Assembly: GCF_006345805.1 (NCBI RefSeq)
Contig: NW_021835989.1
Coordinates: 62,001-126,000, forward strand
Source of the DNA: Octopus sinensis
Lineage: Eukaryota
Length of the DNA stretch: 64,000 bases
Direction of reading: 5' to 3'
Shown: positions 46,368 through 59,339 of the stretch, piece after piece
How positions within the stretch are numbered: position 1 is the stretch's first letter
Layout of the letters: each line of letters begins with the position of its first letter
Made by a program: the position numbers and the translations under genes
Notes under the pieces: generated by a model
What the model was told of the DNA's origin: nothing
Database searches by the model: none
The model's input: only the letters and a program-made list of their open reading frames with translations

Positions 46368-47272
46368 ATGGTCTTGTATGGTCAGTTAGTGGTCGGTCCG
46401 GCAGGATCTGGAAAAGTAAATATATAGTCATAACCTATCAGTCTAGTTACTGTAGTTTAATGGAAAAACACTTCCAGGCATGTCGTCGTCAAATTCACAT
46501 TGTCAACCTCGATCCAGCTGCTGAAAACTTTGACTATAACGTTTCCGTTGACATCCGAGAACTAGTCCACGTCGATGATGTAATTGACGACCCTTGTCTG
46601 AATCTCGGACCCAATGGAGCCTTAATATACTCAATCAAGTTTTAATCAAATTGATGACACCTAAGCTTTCTATTAAAAAATTTTTCATGGCTGGAGGATC
46701 AACTGGTTGATGAAGCCTATTATCTGTTTGACTGTCCAGGAATGTCCTCTCTGTCTTATCTTTAGGCCAAATTGAGTTATACACTCACGTGCCAGTCATG
46801 AGAAAGATTGCCGAGAAACTTGCTTCTATGGATTTTTGTCTGTGTTCTGTTTTTTTACTCGATTCACAATTTTTGGTGGATGATTCAAAGTTTGTGATGG
46901 CAGTGCTGACTTCTCTGTCGTCTTTGATGATGTTAGCTCTGCCACATGTGACTGTTCTTACCAAAGTGGACCTGATCTCTAAAAATGATCGAGACAAATT
47001 GGAAAAGTTGGAATTTTTTAGATTTAATAGATTTTTGGAACCTGACTTGTGGCCTTGGCTGAACTGCGGAAAGTCGAGGGACTATAAGGGACTTACGAGT
47101 AGTCTTGCCTCTGTGGTGGATGACTACGGGATGATTCAGTTTATTATGTTGGACAGTACTGATGAAACTAGTACCATGAATGTGGCCACAACTATCGACA
47201 TGGTCCTTCAGTATAATCCAGAACATAAAGAAATGGTTGCCTTGAGATTTTTATTCGTAGGAAGAGGACTGA
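46368..47272 (+). CDS. GPN3: GPN-loop GTPase 3, multi-exon
   Basis: GQLVVGPAGSGK|S, VNLDPAAE, LGPNGAL, FDCPG|QIELYTH, PHVTVLTKVDL, VVDDYGMI; one intron reads GA-AG. Confidence 0.93.
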
Positions 47273-47599
47273 CTTGATATTTATTTTTGATTTTTTATTG
47301 AATTTGATTTCTTTTTTTATTTAAATCGGAAATTTTCTTTTGATTAGAAGATTTTAAGAATTGGTGATTACAGAGGTCATTTATTGCTGATTAGAATATT
47401 TAGTAGGAATAAGAAAACTAAAGTCAATATGGTAATATTTGGGATAATCAGATCATCAAATAACAAATTTCGAATTATAATGTGACCAGTTTTAATGAAA
47501 GTAGATACCATTAATTAAAAAATTATTTCATTACATATGCATTTTTAATCCCCAAAGGAGTTGTATAACACGAAGATATTGTATAATTAGATTTTAATG

Positions 47600-48650
47600 A
47601 GCCTGAAATTTGCTTATTTCGTAACCATACATTGATTGTGTTTTAAGAGCGAAAGTTGCTAGTGATTTCCTTTCTAGCATGTCCTTTGTATTTCTTACGA
47701 GACTGGAGGTTCCTTTTTATGACTTCAATTTTTCTTGTTGTTGTTTGCATCCACTAACTATTGTATATTTTGTTTGCTTAACGTTAATTTTTAGGAATGA
47801 TTTTTTAAATGTATTGGCCAGTTTATCGACAATACCTTCTAATTGGTGGTCTGTTGTCCTGAAATCTATATTATCTGCCTAGATGACTTTTTTTGTATGC
47901 CTGGGAATATTATTCCTGGTCTCTCGTAGGATTTTCTCCAGATATGCTACGATCAAAACCGAAGATAAGGCATTTTCTTGGGGGTACCCTTGTTTGTTTT
48001 AAATACTCTGGATTTCTGTTTTTCCAACTGAATAAATAATTGAGTGGATAGTAAATAACGAATTATTCGATGCAATTGGCCTCAAGTAGTGGTGCTAATA
48101 TTTGTAACACCGTGACTCTGCTGATTAAATCAAATGCTTTAGATAGGTTGATTCTTATTATGTGATACTCCTCTTTATATTTTTAACATACTGCACACAT
48201 TCATTTGTGGCTCCAAACGGGATTAGAATTTGATCTTCCAGAGAGAAATCCACTTTGAATAGCTCCAATAAATCCATTAGTAGTGCTTTTATTTTTTCCA
48301 GGACGATTAGCTATAAGATTTTGCCCAGTGATTTGTGTATTACAATTGATACGTCGATCCTTCTGTAAATGAGAAAGGTGATCTATTTGAGGGTAGTGAA
48401 TTCCTTTAAAGGTTTTGGGATTTGTCCCAATCATGTGATTAGCCGCTGCTTTTATTTGTTTACGGGTTTATTCCATTAAGTTCAAAACTGTAGGTTGATA
48501 TTAATTGGTTCTAACTTGTGTTATTTTAGCAAAATAGTTAGTTCTGTAGATAGGATCGTTTCTTGAAAGTTCGACTGTGTACCTAATTTCTTTTTGTCTG
48601 TTTTTGAATCGGTTAATACAAAATCTCCTCTTTAGAAGAAGAATATCAGT
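47600..48650 (-). mobile_element. Highly decayed LINE RT
   Basis: AIQSGFLSGRS, INLSKAFD and a degenerate ADN(YADD) motif. Confidence 0.6.
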
Positions 48651-48980
48651 AGTTTATGGTCACTCGATGTGAGCGTTCCTTCATATTTTTGTACATCTGA
48701 GTATAAAGCTTTTTATGATTCTCGACACAAAAGTAGTCAATTAAATCAAGACCTAACATTGATTAAAAAAGGTCTGACATTGGCAAACAAATTTATGCAG
48801 ATAAGGAAACTATAAAGGAACAAAGAGAACTAAAAGCGATTAACAAAACGCATCCAGGAAAGTGGCACAAGCGAGATAACTTCGCAAAAGCTGTTTGCAT
48901 GTACTTATTAATGATAATTACAAATATCAACAAATAATCAGAATAGTTGCTGTTTTAAAGTAATTATTAATCAATAGAGA

Positions 48981-50103
48981 TTATTGAAGTGGTTCGATTT
49001 TCAATTTATATGTAGGATTTATAATTTTATCAATATATTTTTCTAAGCGAATAAAATTAGGTTCGATTTGAGAATTTGTTTCTAAAAAATAATTAAAAAA
49101 CGACCCATCATAGATTTAGTAGTATCAGTAATAATATCTTGAATAATAGATACTGCTGAAGCTACTGTATTCTATTAAAATCAAATAAAATAACAAAACT
49201 TCCAAAGTTGAATTATTTTTTATAAATAATGCAGCAATTAAAGCAGAAAACAAATCACCGGTTCCTGTAAAATTGAATTTTGACCGCCTGTATGTCATTT
49301 TAAACGCTTTGAAGGTACCATCTGCAGTGAAATTTGTTATTTACCTTCTTGGCGTTCAGATGCGACAGTCATTAAAGAAGATTTGTATGGAATACTGCTT
49401 ATAATAACTATATTAGGTCCAATTTGGTGCAAATTAAACAAAACTTGTTTAATTGTGTCAATTTCTTCAGTTATTTGAATTCTTGACAATTTTCTATAAT
49501 TTTTTAAATCAAATTTGTTACTCGGCCTCAAAATGATTAGGCGTTATTACATCTGCAAGAGGCAATATATGTTTTATATATGTTTCTAGCAATTCTTCGG
49601 GGACATACTAAATGTATTAATAAACATATCAAACAAATTGCCCATTGTCGCCCAAGACAGGATCACAATCTTAAAATATAAAATACAAATACAAAATTTT
49701 TGAAAAAATGATTCTTTTTTTAAATCTGTCACAATTTCTTTAACTTGCATCAAGACATCATTACTGTAAATAAACCCTGAGTGTTCTGTTAATTATATAA
49801 CCTGTCAGAAGGTGTGAATAGTCATTTAATTTGTTAACTGTAAGTGCTTCATAGATATCTTTGAGTTCATTGCCTGAAAGCGTGGTCCCAGATACTTTAC
49901 CACTGGCTATGAATGTAAAAATATAGAAAATATACAGAAAGCGTTACTAAATTGAACTGTATGTATTTCATCAACCGTGATTCCCATCATCTGCTCGTTT
50001 TAAAAATAACAATTTGAATCACTTTGATCGGAAATGTTGCAGCTTTATTTCCAACGACACCAGAGACCACATGGCTTTGAATTGACAATAACTTGGTATA
50101 CAT
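48981..50103 (-). CDS. PDXK: Pyridoxal kinase, copy 1
   Basis: LLSIQSHVVSGVVGNKAATFP, TVQFSN, CDPVLGDNG, FTGTGDLFSAL; canonical micro-introns. Confidence 0.9.
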
Positions 50104-50304
50104 TAATTTTTAACGAAGTCTAGAAATTTTTAAATAATAAAGTGACGATAAATTGACCTATTTATACTCCATTCCATATTAATGCGTCGTGTGATTCGCC
50201 TTTTGTGGTCGTGCAAAAATCCAGTTATTGGATTAATGAAAAAAGAATCATTCGCTCATCCTCCCGTGACTATCGTCAGTCCGGAAATAAAAAGTATATA
50301 AAAA

Positions 50305-52369
50305 TTATTTTTTAACACAATAGTCAGATACACGACGAATTAAATCATTTTTAAGAATCCTCTTAGGCGAATTAAAAACATTATTAACACACAAAAATGA
50401 TTTTAGAGCTGTCACAGAAAGTGACCCAATACATCCGGAAGAAACAACGTGCTTCATTTCTTCCAAACTCAAAATCCCAGAAAACTCCTCATTTTCTTTA
50501 AATTTTAAAGGAGATTCAAATTTAGTCGTAATGTCATCCTGGCCGCAAAATTGTAAAAAACGACTAATACTAACTTCTGCCCGCCGCTCAATGTCATTAT
50601 TATTAGGCACTAATATATAATCTAAAATCACTACAAGTATGGTCCTTAAACTCCTCCACGTCATTCATATCCAAGGCCATTGCCTCCAAAGTGCTATAAA
50701 ACCTTCTCACCGACGGATTCTCAAATGTTTCTGGTTGGTATGTAAACATTAAACGACTAATCAAATCCTTAGCAGTATCCAGCATATCCTCTGTTACATC
50801 ACACTTTGATTCGGTCTCCTTTTTTTCTTCCACGTTCCGAACATCATTTCTCCAAGGCAACACTATCATAAAAAACCCCGAAGGGAAAATCTGCAATCCT
50901 GAGACCACATGGAGCTTTTCCATCTGATCTGATAAAACCAGGGACTGACCTGGGGTTGTAGCACTACATATCGTCCATCAGAGTTGTTTCTAGGAACATA
51001 CCAACAGAGTATAAGCTTCTTTAATTCAAAAGTCCTTTTCAACAACAAACAAAAAAAATCCAAAGAATATTTAGCAAGTCCGGAGAATTGAGGATAAACG
51101 AAATATGGAGGCCCTACATGATGAAATGGTTTCAAAAAGTCCTGATCAACGAACCCCACAACCCTCAGTCCTTTCAATCATTTAAAACAAAAATCACCGG
51201 CATTTTCTGCTTTTTTTAACTCGGAAACAGAAAATGAACAATAATCGCCAGAAACAAAACTCAGCTGACGAACTACGTTGCAATCAGATTGGACTTGATT
51301 GGACTCACACTAAACTTCAAAACCCCAAAAAACATCAAAGTAAGTCGCAAATCTACAAACTGGCCTACCTGATGACCTATCAAGACGATGAACAGACGGT
51401 TTTGCACTTCTTTGTACAAGTTTATGTCTATTTATATATAAACCCCATTTTACATCGAAATTGGAATATTTAAATTCGAAAAACTCAAATTTAAACGAGC
51501 AAGTACACTTTTCTTACGATCCCGCCAAAAAACTCTAAAAATCAGGAAATATCAAGATCACCTGGCTGAAAGTTCCTGAATATAACACTTAGTATCCTCC
51601 GTTAATGTGTCCAAATCCAAATTAGGTATTATCCTCTAATTTTATGATAATAACGATTACTTTATAACACAAAGAGGGATCGAACATGTGGCCAAATGGG
51701 ACTAAAATTAGTTCTACGTCAGAATTATAAAGATCTTTTGCTCTGGTGTCAGCTATTTCTAGTCCTCGGGAATCTTTAGTTATGATTTGGTCTTGATTTG
51801 TGAAAATAAAAACTCGTTTTGAGGACGTTTTAACAGTCAGCTCACCAAAACTCTGAAGACATAAAAACAGAGAATCGGACAGGTCTCCAAATGTTGTATT
51901 TTCTCCAAATTTTGACTGAAATTGTTTGTAGTCTTTAAAACGTGATTTTTATAAATAAACCTAAATCTAATAGTCTTTGGGCATCCATGATTATTCCTGA
52001 GGTCACCCTTCCTAGTTCCTATTTTGTATTTTTAGAATCGTTTTTTACTTTGAAGCAAAAAATATTGTCAAAATTCATTATATTTTGGGTTTTTAATGTC
52101 CCCTGTAAGTAAACTGCAATCAGATCATATATACTACTGATTGCCTTATTTTTCATTGAATTTACAACACACTAAATCAATATATATATTTAATACTTGA
52201 AATGCTGTTTTGAAGTAATTTTCAGACGAGGTAAACATTGTTGGATTAACATCGATAATAAATATAATTGCATCTCTCTTTCCAAACGATGAAAAGTTGA
52301 ACTATTTATATTAAAGGATTAAATAACTTGTAATAAATCTTCTCTTTCTTCAGAAGAATTTTCAGACAT
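50305..52369 (-). CDS. XRCC6: Ku70 (vWA, core and SAP-like C-terminus), multi-exon
   Basis: RDAIIFIID, SKRVFIFTNQD, GLRVVGF, PSGFFMIVLPWRNDVR, FENPSVRRFYSTLEAMAL; SAP-like end. Confidence 0.9.
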
Positions 52370-54146
52370 CTTAATAATAAAATGGTATGGTGTGTGTCTG
52401 TCTGTCTGTCTGTCTGTCTGTGTGTCTGTCTGTGTGTGCACACCAACTTCAAATTGGCAATACGATGTCCTCGACTTACATGATGAGGTCCTTAAAACCT
52501 TCCCCCCCAAAAAAATTAAAAAAAAATTTTCTGCATTTTGGTTAAAATGAACAACTACAATGTCCTCGACTTACATGATGAAGTCCTTAAAACCTTCCCC
52601 CCCAAACAAATTAAAAAAAAATTTTCTGCATTTTGGTTAAAATGAACAACTACAATGTCCTCGACTTACATGATGAAGTCCTTAAAACCTTCCCCCCAAA
52701 AAAATTAAAAAAAAAAATTTCTGCATTTTGGTTAAAATGAACAACTACAATGTCCTCGACTTACATGATGAAGTCCTTAAAACCTTCCCCCCCAAAAAAA
52801 TTAAAAAAAAATTTTCTGCATTTTGGTTAAAATGAACAACTACAATGTCCTCGACTTACATGATGAAGTCCTTAAAACCTTCCCCCCAAAAAAATTAAAA
52901 AAAAAATTTCTGCATTTTGGTTAAAATGAACAACTACAATGTCCTCGACTTACATGATGAAGTCCTTAAAACCTTCCCCCCCCAAAAAAATCAAAAATTA
53001 TTTTCTGCATTTTGATTAAAATGAACAACGCGAATGTCCTCGACATTCATGATGAGGTCCATTAAAACCTTCAAGGCAAAAATCTCACGTATTAAGAATA
53101 TCCTTGATGAAAACGACAGCGAGAATATTAACAATGATGAACTCCCAATTATTCGCGATAAAGAAATTCAATTCATCCTATGTTTTTCTCTTTAAAATTA
53201 AATGCATATATCATTATCGACCATGAATCAAAATTAAAGCTATTATCATATTTGACTTTGACAGAATGTGCAGTCACAGATTGCACGACTTTGAATAGAG
53301 TGTGCAATTAACAGATTTTGAAAAACCACTTTGATAGTTGAAACCACATTAGCACAATCATTAACACAATTTACCACCAATTGACGCACGACCTTGAATA
53401 GAGTGTGCAATTAACAGATTTTGAAAAACACTTTGATAGTTGAAACCACATTAGCACAACCATTAACACAATTTACCACCAATTGACAGCGCAATCAGAA
53501 GAATTTGCGTAAAAATATTAACTATTTACTAGAGTTTTTCGTAAAGATAGAATTTATTTTCGGTATGCCTCTTTTCCTAAACTTTTTTATTATTCAAAAA
53601 TAATTTTTTAAATAGATAACCGAAGGAGGAAAAACGAAGCTGAAGAAAAAACGGTCAGCTTAATAAGGTAATTAATTAAATCTTTTTTGTGTGTCGCTTT
53701 TTTGTGTGTCGCTTTCTTGCCTGCCGCATCTCCCCCTGCCCCATTTCCGCCAGTAAAAAACAAAAAAAGAAAAAAAAGGAAATTACAAAGGAAAAATGAA
53801 AAAATTAAATATAAAAAAAATAAACCACAAAAAATGAAAAAAAAGTGTGCAATGACAATAAACAAGGCCCAGGGACAGTCATTAAAGGTAGTTGGGTTAT
53901 TTTTAGAGAGTGAGTGCTTTTCACATGGACAGCTGTATGTGGGATGCTCGAGGGTAGGCAGAAGAGAAAATTTATTCATATATGCCAAGGAAGGACGGAC
54001 GACAAACATCGTTTATCAACAGGCGATAGAATAGGGTTACATTTAACCAGGTAGTTTTATACATCTACATAAACTTATAGTTGTTTGATGAAACAGGCCC
54101 TCCGCAGGAGCTAGGTCGCGGTGAGCGAAGCGAGCTGCCGAGCTAG
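52369..54146 (+). mobile_element. Non-autonomous Helitron, copy 2
   Basis: 5' TCTTAATAATAAAATGG with (CTGT)n; 3' ...GAGCGAAGCGAGCTGCCGAGCTAG; A|T insertion site; short helicase tail MTINKAQGQSL..QQAIE*. Confidence 0.94.
52440..53070. repeat. ~95-bp minisatellite (7 occurrences of the core) in Helitron copy 2
   Basis: ATGTCCTCGAC at about 52465, 52560, 52655, 52750, 52845, 52939 and 53034. Confidence 0.92.
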
Positions 54147-54479
54147 TTACACATAATAAAGTAAATAATTCATGTATTTAAAAATTATTTAATTTTTATT
54201 ATAAACATAATTCATGATATTAATTTAAAAATAGAAACATTAAAGTTTTAAAAAATTGTATTTCCATTTAAACAGAGAATTATAATCCAGTTAGACATAA
54301 GAGAACAATAAATTCGCTTTTTGACTAACTTCGCTCCTTCTCCTTTCCCTCTGGGCCATCGGCTTGTCTATAAACGTTGATAAATCCTGAATTGTGAATA
54401 TGCCGAAACTTCCACGAGCCAAAGTATTGACGTCCGAATTACAGACAAGTAAATCTGACGATCTTCGGTGGTTTTATGG

Positions 54480-54745
54480 GTACTACTGCCCTAGAAGGCT
54501 CATTGTCCGGAAAAAAATCAAATATATTCATAATAATTGAGAAGCACAAAGATATTGAGCCTCATGTGGCCCTTTTCCTCCTGAAAAACCACTTTTCCGT
54601 CTCTAAGATCCTTTACACGTTTAAATTCCCTTCTTCCGACTCAGTACGAACTCACTTTGCAATCTGTCTTTTGACGATTTGGGCTGGACTCAAACATCTC
54701 CGATGCGCTGGAGCGGCCTGGGCATGAGATCCTAGTCTGATCTGA
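54480..54745 (+). mobile_element. CRE RT fragment
   Basis: NLSFDDLGWTQTSPMRWSGLG, homologous to NVNFDDAGWQQAILPVRHGGLG in the 10177 element. Confidence 0.65.
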
Positions 54746-54749
54746 ACTT

Positions 54750-56800
54750 TTTTGCTTTCTTATCCACTCACTTTGCCTCGCGTATTCTCTCGGACAGCGT
54801 TTTAAGAAACTCTGCTGCTGTCCCCGGTGAGAAGCTTGGTTTGGCTCGAGGCTGCCCGATTCTCATTTATCCACCGTCTCTGGAACGAAATTTCTTGTTA
54901 GTCAATATAAGCCGGGTGGTAAGCAGCCAAAGAGTCATCCAAAAATTAGATCCTCCGCATTTCAAGATGGTCAACGATGTGTCGGATTTTTGTTTCGTCA
55001 ATAGAAATGATCAATTAGGGAAGATTTTGAACATCTGGTTATCTTTCGTAGCCCAGCATTCTGGATTTGTTATAAATTCTCAAGGTATGCGATCAAGACA
55101 AACGGAGACCAGCAAGGAGAAGCATTTTTCATTGCTGTTCAAATGAATTGTTTGTATATCAGTTTTAAACTTGCCATGGCTTGCCCAAAAGAATAATCAG
55201 AAACTGCACTGAGCGCATTCAGCTTGATATCGTATTCAAGTGGGTAGAAAAGCTCAGAGATTTATCATAATTAACATCCAGAATTTTGGGGTTTTTTGTT
55301 ATAGAGATTTATCACTTTTATTGGCCATGAAGAGCGTCTTGGTTGATTTAGATCAGGGGTTCTCAACCTTTTTAGCTCAAGGGCCAAATCGATAATTAAG
55401 ATTAGCTTCGCGGGCCGCACAAAAAATATTTTATATATTTTTATATTTTCCATTTTACTAAATATTGATTCGCATAAATATGTAGATTCATATATGCATT
55501 GTGTGTTATATTTTTGAATTTGTCTTGAGGAATTAATTCGTAAAAATTAATAATGGACGCATTTTTGAACAATGCCGCTAGTTCTATATCATGTTGTAAA
55601 TTAATGAGTTCTAGTTGAAACTTTGCAGGCGCATCCTTAATTTCCACGCTGAATGGAGTTGCGAATATTTTCATTAAAGGAAGGAATTCTTTAAAATTCT
55701 AAAAATTAAATTTATATAAATGTACCCCAAAACGTGCTTCAAATTGATTAATGAAATCACCAATTATGGATATGTTTAACCTTAAAAATGAATAATTAAA
55801 TTTAAACATTATTAAAAAATTAAAAAAGTTAGTTACTCCAGAGGGGCCGCAAAAAAAATCCTGGGGGCCGCATTTGAGAACCGCTGATTTAGATGGTGAG
55901 ATGTATAGTGTTTATAGTAAACCAGACAGCAATGAAATCCAAATGAGATTTAAGTAGTTGGTGATTGTTTAAAGATTGCTATCTCTTCTCCATATGAGAG
56001 TAATAAGGTATTTTTTGTGACTGGTGCGTCACTTAAATGGAAATTGAAGAGATCTGGCGATAGCACTGAGCCTTGTGTGACTCCATTTTGTTGTTATCGA
56101 AACCGAAACTTGTGTCTTCTGACTTATGTTTGGCTTAAGCGCCCGATAGAAAGCTGGTTAACCAACTTTTCAGAGTTGTCGAAATATCAGTCCTAGCAAT
56201 TTTATTGCTCAGAACATGTCTTGAAGAGCGATAAAAAGTTCTGATAAAACCGACCGATACAAGTATAGTTTTTTAGAAGGTTTAAAATTGTTAAATCCGT
56301 CTGCAATAAATTAAGTTACTGTCGTTAAATGTTTTGTGATGACATACAGTATGGCCGAAAAACCATGTTGTGATTTTTTAAATGAAGGAAAAGAATTTTC
56401 AATATAACTTTTACAATGATTTTTGAAACAACTAATAGAAGCGATATTGGTCTATATGATGATGGGTTTTTAGAATCTCTGTTTGATTTAGAATAAGACC
56501 AGTGCAGGATTTTTTCCAGATAATCGGAGTTTGTCCGAGGTTTAGTGAACGTTTGAGCATTCTTACAATTGCTTTTATTTCAAGGTCTTGAGATGCTTTA
56601 AATGATAAATGGATATGCCGTCGCACCCTCTTGCGTTAGATTTTTTTACATGCGATAAATGTTGTGATATGAGAAAAGTTGTCATAGAAGAGTTTGAACT
56701 TTCGTGTTCTAGAGTTTTTTCGTTTTTTAAATCTGGCTAATTTTTGCACAGTGATTCATTAGTATGTTGGCTTGAGCTTCGATAGACATTTTAAAAAGTT
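54750..56800 (-). mobile_element. Decayed LINE RT region interrupted by a hAT
   Basis: GVTQGSVLSPDLFNF and related RT remnants with many stops. Confidence 0.65.
55354..55886 (-). mobile_element. Non-autonomous hAT (533 bp) with a transposase C-terminal piece
   Basis: TIRs CAGGGGTTCTCAA / TTGAGAACCGCTG; perfect TSD ATTTAGAT; FATPF..QLELINLQ. Confidence 0.9.
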
Positions 56801-56819
56801 TGGAGCCTAACTTGTGACC

Positions 56820-57060
56820 TTGGTTAAACTGCGGAAATTTAAGGGACTACAAGGGACTCACAAGTAGTTTTACCTCTGTAGTAGATGACTACGGGATGTT
56901 TCAGTTCATCATGCTGGACAGTACTGATCAAGACAGTACCATGAATGTGGTGAAGGAGCGGCCTTGTCCTTCAGTGTAATCACAAACATAAGGAAATGAT
57001 ATTTTGAGATTTCATATTCGTAGGAGGAGGACTGACTTGATATTTATTTTTGATTTTTTA
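56820..57060 (+). pseudogene. GPN3: Diverged duplicate of the GPN3 3' end
   Basis: Roughly 80% identical by eye to 47055-47300, including the last intron and 3' UTR. Confidence 0.88.
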
Positions 57061-57377
57061 TTCAATCTGATTTCATAATTGTCATTTAAAAAAAATATTT
57101 ACAAAAAAGTGGAAATTAAAGTAAAAGATATATTCTGTGACAAGTTAAAGTCTTGTGCATGCATTCTATAGAGAAAAAACTCGTAAGTATCCAATGCCAC
57201 AAAGCTTTAAGTGAACTTCGTAAACTAGTTCAGTCAAAAAGTTATGAGAGGGCTAACATTAATGTTATAATTGAACTTCTAGCATCTTTCATCAAGAATA
57301 TTTTCAGAATAATTAAAAAAAAGTCAAAAATACTTAGTATTAAATATAATATATTAGTATGAGATTAATAAATATTA

Positions 57378-58496
57378 TTAAAGTGGTTCGATTTTCAATT
57401 TATATGTAGGATTTATAATTTTATCAATATATTTTTCTAAGCGAATAAAATTAGGTTCGATTTGAGAATTTGTTTCTAAAAAATAATTAAAAAACGACCC
57501 ATCATAGATTTAGTAGTATCAGTAATAATATCTTGAATAATAGATACTGCTGAAGCTACTGTATTCTATTAAAAATAAATAAAATAACAAAACTTCCAAA
57601 GTTGAATTATTTTTTATAAATAATGCAGCAATTAAAGCAGAAAACAAATCTCCGGTTCCTGAAAAGTTGAATTTTGACGGTCTGTATGTCATTTTGAACG
57701 CTTTGGAGGTGCCATCTGCAGTGAAATTTCTTATTTACCTTTTTGGCGTTCAGATGCGACAGTCATTAAATAAGATTTGTATGGAAGACTGCTTATAATA
57801 ACTATATTAGGTCCAATTTGGTGCAAATTAAACAAAACTTGTTTAATTGTGTCAATTTCTTCAGTTATTTGAATTCTTGACAATTTTCTATAATTTTTTA
57901 AATCAATTTTGTTACTCGGCCTCAAAATGATTAGGCGTTATTACATCAGCAAGAGGCAATATATGTTTTATATATGTTTCTAGCAATTCTTCGGGGACAT
58001 ACTAAATGTATTAATAAACATATCAAACAAATTGCCCATTGTCGCCCAAGACAGGATCACAATCTTTAAATATAAAATACAAATACAAAATTTTTGAAAA
58101 AATGATTCTTTTTTTAAATCTGTCACAATTTCTTTAACTTGCATCAAGACATCATTACTGTAAATAAACCCTGAGTGTTCTGTTAATTATATAACCTGTC
58201 AGAAGGTGTGAATAGTCATTTAATTTGTTAACTGTAAGTGTTTCATAGATATCTTTGAGTTCATTGCCTGAAAGTGTTGTTCCCGATATTTTCCCACTGG
58301 CTATGACCGTAAAAATATATAAAATATACAGAAAATGTTACTAAATTGAACTGTATGTATTTCATCAACTGTGATTCCCATCATCTGCTCTTTTTAAACA
58401 CAAAATTTTAATCACTTTGATTGGAAATGTTGCAGCTTTATTTCCAACAACACATGAGACCACGTGGCCTTGAATTGACAATAACTTAATAGACAT
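57378..58496 (-). CDS. PDXK: Pyridoxal kinase, copy 2 (apparently intact, one codon shorter)
   Basis: MSIKLLSIQGHVVSCVVGNKAATFP; same exon structure as copy 1; the last CAA reads TAA. Confidence 0.85.
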
Positions 58497-59339
58497 CAAT
58501 TTTTAGCGATGCTTGAACATCTTTAAATCAAAAAATAGCGGAAAACTTCGTTCACATATAAATAATGGACCCAAATATTGTCAAAATTCCATATGCAATT
58601 TTTTTAACTTACAAATAGAATTCAGAAGAGAACTCCAGTTTTGAAAATGACATTCTCCGTTTCTTTAGTATAACATCAATATCACACATAATTTACGGAA
58701 TAATTTCTCTTTTCCAAAGTTTGAAATTCTTCTGAAAGGCGAATAAACTTTTGATGCCCTTAATTCTAGGTACAATAGCTGCATTTCTACTCAGTTGCGT
58801 TAATTTCAAATGGAAATAAATTTAAAGTGCCTACTTTAGCACATAGAGGTTTTATATCAAACAATATAGTTGCCTTTTTTCCTGAAATCTTGAAACCTAT
58901 AAATATTTTTGAACTTATCTTCGAAAAATTTCTTCATATATAAAAGAGGATTTTTAAAATAAGTTTTATTTATTGTTTGATTATTTTCTACTAAATATTG
59001 ACGTAATTTAAGGAAATGCAAAATCTCATGTGCTGCATCTTCTTTAAACAAAATTTGTTGACACAATATCACTCCCTCAGACATGAAAAAAGCTATATTT
59101 CCAGTTCTTTGCTATTTTGAATTTAGTTGGTTTAGTATTGATGTCATGACACCCATAAAATAAAAGTTCTCAGCTATTGGTCATTGATTTATTGCATACT
59201 AGATGCAAATCGATTGAGAACGGGTCCCCTCGAGAGCCAGCGAACTTTGTTTTACTGGAAAAGATTAATATACTCATTTTTCATTTCTACTTTTGATATA
59301 ATGAAGTTATGACCAATTACGTCACTTTTAACATTTCTT

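Noticed and set aside
52440-53070. Minisatellite as a CRISPR array, C/D snoRNA cluster or ribozyme repeat
   Set aside because: The units are contiguous without unique spacers, have ATGATGA but no D box or hammerhead core, and lie inside a Helitron.
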